In this document: positions 54,651-64,000 of the stretch, one piece after another
How positions within the stretch are numbered: position 1 is the first letter of the stretch
How the letters are laid out: each line of letters begins with the position of its first letter
DNA from: Callorhinchus milii
Lineage: Eukaryota
Length of the DNA: 64,000 bases
Direction: 5' to 3'
Assembly: GCF_018977255.1 (NCBI RefSeq)
Contig: NW_024704743.1
Span: forward strand, 105,402,001 to 105,466,000
Notes under the pieces: generated by a model
What the model was told of the DNA's origin: nothing
Seen by the model: the letters and a program-made list of their open reading frames with translations, nothing else
The model's database searches: none
Translations under genes and position numbers: made by a program

Positions 54651-55177
54651 GCATGTTGGAAGGGAGAGACTTTTAAGGGCTGTGCTGTACTGTCTATTTA
54701 ACGTTATGTAATTGAATGTTTAAACATTGAAAATTGCATTTTGACTTGACTTGAAATTTCTGTGTCTGGATAAATGGATTTTTTTCCCATTACAATGAAA
54801 AACAACATGGTAAAGTAACACAGGAAATTTTGGGGTGAAAAATGCAGTGTTTCATTATTACTATATTGAAACATTGCATTTTTCTCCCTCCCGTTATCTC
54901 TTGCACTTGAACTTATTTTAGTACAATTTTAGTAATAATGACTTAAATAATATCTGAATACCACCAGCAAGTCTTCTGCTGTTCTTGATAGGCAGAACAA
55001 TAACCAGGTAAAAGATAAGATGGATGATGTTAACATTAGCATTAAATCATTCAGAGAATAAAAAAATTAGCTCTCATTTGAGCTCAAGCACAAAGAAGAT
55101 TACCAAGCTGCAACTAACAAGCCCACACACTTGCTAAGAGCAATGCAGTGCTTTATAGGGACTTAAAGATTTACTAT

Positions 55178-55842
55178 AATAATAATTGCATTTGACTACT
55201 TCTCACTTTGTCGACAGGTTTCAAAGTGCTTCACAGTTGTTTGCTACAAAGCATAGTGACTTTGTATTTGTAGGCATACACCCCAGCTAATTTGTGCACA
55301 GCAATGTCCCCCAAACAGCCAAGAAGTAAATGACCAATTTTATTTGAGGGATTGCTGACCAGAACACAGAGAGCCAATGGGATCTTTAACATCCACTTGA
55401 GCAGGCAGACAGGACCTTACTTTAATGTCTCTTCTGAAGGACTAAACCTCTGCCAATATAATAATAATCTTTGCATTTGGTATAGCGCCTTTCACATCGG
55501 GAGGATATCTTAAAGCACTTCACAGGATTTGCTGTGAAGTGGAATGACCAGAAACAGAGCAGCCCAATTGCGCACAGCAATGTCACATGAAGCAAATAAC
55601 CAATTTTTTCGGGGGGGGAATTGTTGACCAGGACGCCAGGAAAAACTACCTTCTCTTTTCAAGTAGTACCATGGGGTCATTAATGTCTACCTGAACAGAC
55701 ATACAGTACCTCGTTTCAACATCACATCCATGGGCACTCCTCATTGCATTGGTTTGTAAGCTGGGCTGTGAGCTCAAAGTCCCAACATGGAATTTGTGCT
55801 GTACCCAACAACTTTCTGACTCAGAGGCCCAACTGAGCCAGA
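55178..55842 (-). mobile_element. Two adjacent or nested old Deu-domain SINEs
   Basis: Two tails (55178, 55458), two Deu cores, tRNA-like head near 55815-55842. Confidence 0.75.
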
Positions 55843-56162
55843 CTGATGTATATTAAATGGCATTTAAATGTCATAACTGACTTTTCAGCTATAAACAAGA
55901 ACAGTTCGCCAGATAGTTTTCTGTCTATCTATCAAGAATGTACATGAGGGAGGCTGGGCACAGAATCATGCTCATTAATGCCTTACAGCCTAACACCATG
56001 ACACATCGACAGATAGGGATGGCTTGTTAGTAATTTGTCAAAACATCTGATGAAATGTAAAGATGTGTTACATTTATATTTAAATAATGAAAGCGAGCAT
56101 AAGAAATAATGGAGTAAAATTGGATTCTTTTATTTAGAAAAAGGAAATACTGAATAATTAAC

Positions 56163-57860
56163 ACATAGAATCATAGAATCATACAGCACAAAAAGAGGCC
56201 ATTTGGCCCATCGAGTTTGTGCCGGCTCTTTGAAAAGAGCAATGTAATGTCAATCCCACTCCCCAGCCCTTTCCCCATAACCCTGCAAACCCGTCCTCCT
56301 CAAATACCCATCCACCGCTCTTTTTAAAGTTGTTATCGAATTGGCCTCCACCACCCTTTCAGGCAATGCGTTCCAGATTCAAACAACTCGCTGCGTGAAA
56401 ACATTTCTTCTCACCTCCCCTCTGCTTCTTTTAGAGACTATTTTAAATCTGTGACCTCGAGTCACTGACACACCCACCAGTGGAAACAGTTTTTCCCTTT
56501 CTAACCTATCAAATCCTCATGATTTTGAAGATCTCTATTAGGTTTCCTCATAACCTTCTCTCCAATGAGAATAATCCCAGCCTCTCTAGCCTTTCCTCAT
56601 AATCAAGGTCCTCATTCCTGGTACCATCCTCGTAAATCTCCTCTGCACCCTTTCCAATGCCTTAACATCCTTCCTATAGTGTGGTGCTCAGAACTGGGCA
56701 CAGTATTCTAACTGAGGCCTAACCAATGTTTTATATAGGTTAATCATAACCTCCTGACTCTTGTACTCTATGCCCCTATTTATAAAGCCTAGTATCCCAT
56801 ATGCCCTTTCTTATAGCCTTATCTACCTGTCCTGCCACCTTCAATTGATTCATTTACCTGCACCCCCGGGTCTCTCTGTTGTTTTACCCCCCTTAAGATT
56901 GTATTACATAGCCTATATAGCCTCCCCTCATTCTTTCTATTAAAATGCATTACCTCGCATTTCTCCACATTGAAATTCATCTGCCATGTGTCTGCCCATT
57001 TTGCCATTCTGTCTATGTCTTCCTGCAGTTGGCTACTATCCTTCTCACTGTTTACTACCCTACCTAACTTTGTGTTGTCCGCAAACTTGGAAATGATACT
57101 TGTTATACCTAGGTCCAGATCATTTATGTATATTAAGAAGAGCAGTGGTCCTAATATCGATCCCTGGGGGACACCACTGTACACTTCCCTCCAGTCAGAA
57201 AAGCAGCCATTCACCACAACTCTCTACTTTCTGTCTCCCAGCCAGTCCTGGATCCATACTGCCACTCTCCCTTTTATACCATGGGCTTCTATCTTTCTTA
57301 CAAGTCTTTCATGTGGCACTTTGTTAAATGCCTTTTGAAAGTCATTATAAACTACATCAACTGCACTACCTTTATCCACCCTCTCCGTTACCTCATCGAA
57401 AAATTCTATTAGATTTGTTAGACAAGATTTGCCTTTAACAAATCCATGTTGGCTGTCCCTAATTAACCCATATTCTTCTAAGTGAAGATTTATTCTGTCC
57501 CGGATTATAGTCTCCAGGAGTTTCCCCACTACTGATGTTAGGCTGACTGCTCTGTAGTTCCCAGGTTTGTCCTTCTGCTCCTTTTTGTACAGGGGAGTAA
57601 CATTAGCCACTCTCCAGTCCTCTGGCACCACCCCTGTGTCCAACGAAGATTGAAAAATTGTAGCCTAAGCCTCCGCTATTTGTACCCTTGCCTCCCATAG
57701 TACCCTTGGCTGCATCCTGCCCGGACCGGGTGACTTATCTGCCTTCAGCCCAGTCAACGTTTTCAGTACTTCCTCTCTGTTTATACTTATCCTATCCATT
57801 TCCTCCATCCTCTCCTCCGATACTGCGACATTTGGTGCATCCACTTCTTTTGTGAAGACA
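56163..57860 (-). mobile_element. CR1 LINE, 5'-truncated ~1.7 kb, RT region with stops/frameshifts
   Basis: VPEDWRVANVTPLYKK..NYRAVSLTS..QHGFVKGKSCLTNL; GVPQGSILGP..SKFADNTKL; (ATTCTATG)n tail. Confidence 0.95.
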
Positions 57861-57904
57861 TATGGTCTTTAACAAAGTGACATAATGACCATTAATTGAT
57901 AGAC

Positions 57905-59060
57905 GGAGTATGCTGGAACCAGGTATCCACAACTCTCTTTTTAAATGTTGGTTGCAGCATGAATTGGACTTCCATCCTGGATTGATTTGGCTGCCAGTTC
58001 CAGTTATTGGGATACTATTTTCACTGAAAAAAGTGGGTTAAGCCAGTTTCCTATTAGCAACAGACTAATGAGACGAACGGCTTACTGGCAGTTCAACGTT
58101 TAGTACTTGTAGGCGTTTGCATATCCCTCAACCCCTCCACTCCACTATTGGCAACCAGGTTTTCAGCCACTATGTTCTGACCCTCTGGTACTCCCTGCCT
58201 CAATCCCTTTGCCCTCTTTGTCCATATTCAGATCACACCTAAAGACTTTCCTCTTTGACTCTGCCTACACTCACCTCCCCTCTCTCCCCAGCTTGGCATC
58301 AGGCCACTCCAGTATTAAGCACTCTGAAATGCTACCCCGCATGAAGAGCGCTATATAATTACGTGTTGTTGTTTGCATCTGAGCTTTGAAAATAGGTGTT
58401 GAGCAACACACCTGTCAATGTGTTAATTATTAACTGGCTCCTTTTTAAATGTAAGTGTTAATTAGCACAATTGATATTGTCTTTGACGACTAAGACCTGA
58501 TATTATTGATATTTGTATTCAAAATAATACATAAATAGGCTTAAGCTTCCTTTAAATGTGAAGGCGTGATGAATGCAGACTGACAGGCTTTCAGCATTAT
58601 GGCTGTGTAATATATTGTGTCATTTTATTAGCTTGACTGCTCATAGAGTTTCCTGGCAATTATTTACTTGGATTATGCCGTGAAATCATCTTGCCCTTGG
58701 AAAATTTGGCACCTTTATTTTGTATAATGCTGTGTCATGGCTTGTAATTGTGAATAAAACTAAAATGAAATTCTAATTTATTTATGGAAGGATTTAAAGT
58801 TAAGCTACAAACTAATTAGGCACACTTTTATTTCCCATTGGAATGAATAGTTTGCTACAAGTGAAAGAAAGGGCTTAATAAATGCTAGCTGCTTTACAAA
58901 ACCTCTTTTGAGCACTCAAGATGTCTCCATCAAGCTATTTACAAGATAAATGCAGCCATCATTGATTTAACTATGCAGGAATGAGTAGAGTTTGTGCTTT
59001 TGATATTTAGCTGGACTGAAAATACATTAGTGCATTATAAGTGCTGTGCTACATGCAAAC
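57905..59060 (+). pseudogene. S1 remnants, Ser/C-terminal segment (57905-58045), His segment (58643-58745), Asp segment (58990-59060)
   Basis: LEPG/PQL..NW..KKWVK; IEFP/WQ...NHLALG; ENTLVHY/SAVLH. Confidence 0.55.
58100..58375 (+). mobile_element. L2 3' fragment, old
   Basis: TTTTCAGCCACTATG..CTCTGGTACTCCCTGCC..AAAGACTTTCCTCTTTGAC. Confidence 0.8.
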
Positions 59061-59186
59061 TGTCACTGATATCAACTCAATACACATAATCATAGTCAGC
59101 AATTTAGAATAATCTTTGCATTTGATGTAGTGCTTAAACATATCATTGAGACATCTCAAAGTACTTCACAGGATGTTACTGTGAAT

Positions 59187-59507
59187 ATAATAATAATAAT
59201 AATAATCCTCGCATTTGATATAGCGCTTTTCACGTCGGGAGGACGTCCCAAAGCGCTACAGAACACACTGTAAAGTGAATTGACTGTATATTTGTGGGCG
59301 AACGCGGCAGCCAATTGCGCACAGCAATGTCCCACAAACAGTCGTAGATTGAAAATGACCAATTTATTATTGTTTTTGGTTTTGGAGGGATTATTATTAG
59401 GCGTGTGGAGTAAGGAAACTTGCCCAAGGTTTCGCCCTGTGCCTGGAATTGAACTCAGGTCTCTCACTTGCAAAGCGAGTGCTCTAACCACTGAGCTACA
59501 GGACTCC
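59187..59507 (-). mobile_element. Young full-length tRNA(Ala) SINE nested in an older SINE
   Basis: Near-identical to 36418-36744; ACTGTG on both flanks. Confidence 0.95.
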
Positions 59508-59665
59508 ACTGTGTGACTGTGTATTTTGTAGACCTTGATCTCATAGTCTAGAATCTAGATTGATGTTCCAGTCAGTCCGGGGGGAGGGGGAATGCTCTAT
59601 TGGCAGAGGAGCTGTCCTTCAGAAGATACATTAAACCAAGGTCTCATCTAGCTGTTTAGATCGTC

Positions 59666-59882
59666 CAATAGTGGCCAACCCATGGCCCGAGGGCCGGAAG
59701 TGGCCTGATGGGCCATCAAGAAGTGGTCCGCCGAACACTCGCACTAGCCTAAGTGAATCTGTTTTAAATAATGTTGTGTTTCCAGTTTTTTCTTGATTGA
59801 ATATTTCTTGATGTATGGTATAAATCAAGAAATATTCAATCAAGAAATGCTGTTGGTCAACCAAAAAGCCTGGTCACCACTG
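59666..59882. mobile_element. Non-autonomous hAT-like DNA transposon (MITE) inside an old Deu SINE (about 59600-60090)
   Basis: Imperfect TIRs CAATAGTGGCCAA / CTGGTCACCACTG; GGCCCGAGGGCC subterminal motif; host SINE resumes on both sides. Confidence 0.65.
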
Positions 59883-60184
59883 AGGTAAACAATAAAGATC
59901 CCATTGTTCTATTTGAAAATAAGAGGGAGTTTGTCTAAATATTCTGTCCAACAATCCCCCAAATAAATCAATGATTTGCTTCATGACTGTTTGTGGGACA
60001 TTGCTGTGTACAAATTGGCTGCCACGTTCACCTGTAAAATACATAGTCACTGCATTTGATAGCAATTTCCTGAAGTGTTTTGAGCATAAGTCACAGGAAG
60101 TGATATTCGTCGAGGGCATGGTTTGACCTCACTTGGAGCACTGAATATAATTCTGTTTGCTGTAAAACAGAAGGGACATTTTAA

Positions 60185-60545
60185 CACTAGAGGGGTACAG
60201 TGAAGAGTAACTAGATTGATATCTGGAATTAGGCACCTGAATTATGAGAGATTACAGCTGCTGGAAATGTTTATGTCAAAGAAAAGAAGGTTCAAGAGAG
60301 ATTGTATTGAAGTATTCGAGATAAACTGAATCCTAATAATATATTTAATATAGTCACGATACCTTCTAATCTTCTAGAGCAAAATTCATGAATTGAAGAT
60401 CATAAAAGCAAGGTGAACAGAGAGTTTAAGTTTAAAATTGTTTGCTGAAAGTGGTGATTATATGGAATAGCCTAGCAAGGGACAACTATAGACACAAAAT
60501 GTTAGAGCAAATTCAAGAGGGGATTAGATATATATTTAAGAAAAA
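60185..60545 (+). mobile_element. Old CR1 3' fragment
   Basis: GGGTACAG..AACTAGATTGATATCTGGAATT..TATGAG; ATGGAATAGCCT. Confidence 0.7.
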
Positions 60546-60944
60546 ATTCCATTCAGCAACATAAGAGATACATTTCTGAAGCATTATTTATTTATATGCA
60601 ATTTGGGTTTTGCCTTTCAACCAGCCAGATGTTTTTTTCGATCCCATACATTTTTATGTGTCAGTCATCTTCTTGAATACTATTTATGCTCCTTGCATTG
60701 TGCTCACCAGTCACAGTGTCACAAGCAAATTTTTTGCACAATACTGTAGTTCATGTCCTTTCCATGTGAACAGCAAGAGCCAAAGAACTCACTTAATCAC
60801 TGTTCTCTAGATAGAGTTTCTCATAAAGTATTATCTTCTACTTCCTACTGTCAGTGTTCAATCTAGATGCTGAATTCGGCATGACTTCCAAGAGCTTTAA
60901 CAAAATCTTTTCACACTGAAACTCTGTGGACACTTAAAATAAAA

Positions 60945-61232
60945 ACATTGCATTTGGAGATATTAAACTGAGCTCCCATCTGCCATAAAGGTGTTCCTTT
61001 AAGATTCCATGACATTATTTGAAAAGAGTACGAAATTTTTTCTGGTGTCTTGACTAACAATCTCAGTCATTCTTTTCATGGCTATTTGTGGGACATTACT
61101 GTATGCAAGTTGGCTGCCGTATTCGCCTATAAGATACACAGCCACTATACTTTACAGCAAATCCTGTGAAGCGCATTGAGACATTCTCCCAATGTGAAAA
61201 ATGCTATATCAAATGCAAAAATTATTATTATT
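60945..61232 (+). mobile_element. Old Deu-domain SINE
   Basis: TAAGATTCCATGACATTATTTGAAAAGAG..TTTGTGGGACATTACTGT..(ATT)n. Confidence 0.8.
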
Positions 61233-62032
61233 GTTCTCTATAATAAGCGAAAGGTAATGTTGGGTAATGGGCAAATGCATTTTATATTTATATAGCATCT
61301 TTCACGTTGAGAGGATGTCTCCAGCACTTGACACTGCTGGCAGGGCACCCAAGCTGGGGAGAAAGCAAAAGGTTTTGGGGAGTGAATAGCAAAAATGATT
61401 TATATTTATTTTGGCACAGGAATAAAGCCAGCCTCTTTTACAAACTAACTTAAAATATAACAGCATGTAATGCTTTTCAATGTTACTTAGACAAGAACAA
61501 CCCAAAATTTGAGACACAATGATTGCAAATGTCAAAGTAACATATCACAAATGTTCAGATACTTTGGAAAATAGAATATCATACTTGGCCAGACGTATAT
61601 CAGGTAGATAAAAGTAGCAACAGTATAAAATTTTCATGTCCTGCATCAGTCACCGTGGCGATCTCTTCAGTGAGACAAGATACTTAGTGCTGAATTATGC
61701 ACAGGTCAATGTTGTAAACTTGTACTTGTAGGAATTCGGTTGACTGTTCATATCGATTTCATTTGTGACACTTAGAGACAGTAGATCCAAAATCCATCCA
61801 AATATGTGTGCAGTCAATTATAGAATTTGAAGTGTAAAGAAGTACAAACTGTCTTAAAATCCTAGTGAATTTCTGTACGTCTTTTCCTTGGCATGAAAAA
61901 TTCACATAGGCACAGCAAAAACCTTAAATGGCCCATGTCAAGGGATGAGATACAAAATGGACAGACAAAACGATTCTAGGAAGTCTTGAAAAACATACTC
62001 AATTGACCAAGATGCCAGGGACAGTGCAGAGA

Positions 62033-62272
62033 CCTAACAAGTAGGGTGGTTCTAACTGAACATGCATTGAGAAGCTTCCTAGATAATGCCCTCAATGTCA
62101 AGCTATGCGGTTTTAGCTGTTTGAACTCCCACAGTACCCTTGCACACACTCTGGAGTCTCCAAGCCTTGACTTTCGCCAACTACAAGCAATATTCTGAGG
62201 AGTTAGATAAGCATGGTGTGCATCCCTATCGGGAAAGAATGCGCATTCCATTTCAGACACTGGTGTATTTCC
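62033..62272 (+). repeat. Unclassified repeat family A, copy 3 (3' end cut by a SINE)
   Basis: CCTAA..GTAGGGTGGT.CTA.CTGAA..TCAATG.CAAGCTATGC..TTTTAGCTG..CCAAGCCTTG shared with copy 1. Confidence 0.8.
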
Positions 62273-62276
62273 ATTT

Positions 62277-62476
62277 AATAATAATAATAATCCTTGCATT
62301 TGATATAGCGCTTTTCACGTCTTCTAGACGTCTCAAAGCGCTTCACAGAATAGACTGTAAAGTGAATTGACTGTATATTTGTTGGCGAAATGCGGCAGCC
62401 AATTGCGCACAGCAGCATCCCACAAACAATCGTGGATTGAAAATGACCAATTTATTATTTTTTTGAGGGATTATTA
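62277..62476 (-). mobile_element. SINE 3' half
   Basis: Deu-like core plus L2-type tail. Confidence 0.9.
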
Positions 62477-64000
62477 AATAATAATTATTATTTGTACTGA
62501 AACAACAACGTGCATTTATATAGCGCCCTCCACGCAGGGTAACGTCTCAGAGAGCTTAACAGTGATGGAGCCTGACTCCGAGCCGGAGGGAGTGGGGAAA
62601 CAAGTAATACTCATTTTTAATTAATAAGCACCATCAATTAAACCCCAGTTAATATGTTCAACGTTTCCCCAAAATATAATTCTCCATACTTACATGTTCG
62701 ACATATTATACTGATCTCCAGGATACCATCTGGCATGAAATTGTAAAAATGCAAATTGTTGTTGTTCTTGATCTCACTCTGGTAACAAGAGTGTGGCACA
62801 TTTTCTAAACCACAGAAAACAAAAAAGATAACATTAACCTCTTACATTAGTCAGAGAGCGGCATAAGAAAACACTGAATTTGAAAAACACATCAAGCCCA
62901 CACCTTCTGCAGACAATGTGCTGCATTGCTTATCATGCCCATCTATTTAACCTCCTGAAGGAACGTGCTATATAAACATATCCTGAATCCCAGAGTTATT
63001 TAAGAAAAAACACAGAACATCTTTCTATCACACGGTGGTCCTATTAAATGCTAGGTTGACCCACCAAAGAGAACAGCAGCTTGGCACGGAGATCACCTCC
63101 CTCTCCACAGGAATAATCATACCTCATGAAAGATTTGTTCACATCTATCTGTGCTTAACCTTCTTTTACTTTCTCAGTCAGATGTTAGTACTATCCTTCC
63201 TAGCTTCAAATATGTTGGTTGGGAGTTTATTCCACATGCACACTTTTCAGTAGGAAACACAGATTTCTTCTAATCTCTCAGTTGACTTGAGTTAATTTTG
63301 GAGGATACTACATACACTTTCTCCACTATGCCCTCTACTGTCCTTTGAAGAATGGCAGTTGTGTCAATTTCAATACTCACAGATAGCTAAGAATCATGTG
63401 GGACAGGCAGACACAATAATTAATTTCATCCTATTACAATATTGCCACTTTGGATTTATCCCAAAGTATTTGTATTTAAATGGTTTAACCTTGGTGCCAA
63501 TTTCAGATTAAATGCAATACTGTTACTGCTTTAGAGTGGGCACCCAGACAAAATAAAGCCTTACAATACACTTAAATTCATTTGGATTCTGTTAAGCATA
63601 GCATAAGAAAAGCTTCACCTCATTCTGACGTGAAGTCCACATTAAGGTGTTTGTCCGGTCATCCTTTCATTCTGTCCATCTGCACAAATCCATCATACAA
63701 GCTGCCTTTGTGAAGTAGTCCACCTAGTTTGTATGGAGTAGTTGTTCATATATTCTGGTTCTCAGTTTTCCTCCTAATTTTGAATGCTAATTTTGAATAA
63801 TGAATGCTGAGAACCCAGAACACCTCTTCCCTTCCCTTGCACAGGACCCGAGTTTCCAAGTCTCCCCCTTCCAACAATTATGAACTATTATGATTGTGAT
63901 TGAATGAGAGAAATTGCACACCCACAAGGGTCTGAACTCACTGAACAATATTAATCGCGCCCATAACCTTGCAAGACTTTAATCATTTCCTACCTTTTAG

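Larger units (their letters stand above)
61575..63140 (+). pseudogene. S1 remnants, His segment (61575-61670) and Asp segment (63100-63140)
   Basis: YHTWPDV..FSCPASV; STGIIIPHERF. Confidence 0.3.
1210..63200 (+). pseudogene. Decayed multi-domain peptidase S1 (trypsin-like) homolog locus; one polyprotein gene or a tandem gene array
   Basis: Ordered recurrence of degenerate S1 motifs in inter-repeat DNA, all on the + strand, with stops, frameshifts and TE insertions (segments listed below). Read by eye. Confidence 0.6.

Noticed and set aside
36337..59509. Recurrent ORFs of the type MGKFPYSTRLIII...
   Set aside because: Translations of non-coding SINE copies.
1..64000. CRISPR array or prokaryotic operon
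   Set aside because: No regularly spaced repeat-spacer units; the sequence is vertebrate-type.

Overview
Eukaryotic, AT-rich, repeat-dense vertebrate DNA. The mix of L2 and CR1 LINEs, tRNA/Deu-domain SINEs and a Penelope-type end suggests a cartilaginous fish, possibly a chimaera (inference only). I find no intact protein-coding gene, rRNA, true tRNA or CRISPR array. The longest ORFs in the track are LINE reverse-transcriptase fragments or their alternative/antisense frames. The main unexplained signal lies in the unique DNA between the repeats. From about 1.2 kb to 63.2 kb on the + strand it contains stop- and frameshift-ridden remnants of chymotrypsin-fold (peptidase S1) motifs. These recur mostly in the natural domain order: activation/His segment, Asp segment, PIC..C..GWG segment, Ser/C-terminal segment. 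The pattern suggests a decayed locus of roughly ten or more tandem, probably non-catalytic (PRSS54-like) serine-protease-homolog domains. This reading was made by eye, often needs frameshifts, and must be confirmed by a frameshift-aware profile search. Smaller observations include a 133-bp templated insertion, a minimal hammerhead ribozyme, two long hairpins, SINE/L2 tail sharing, and two unclassified repeat families that share a 3' tail.
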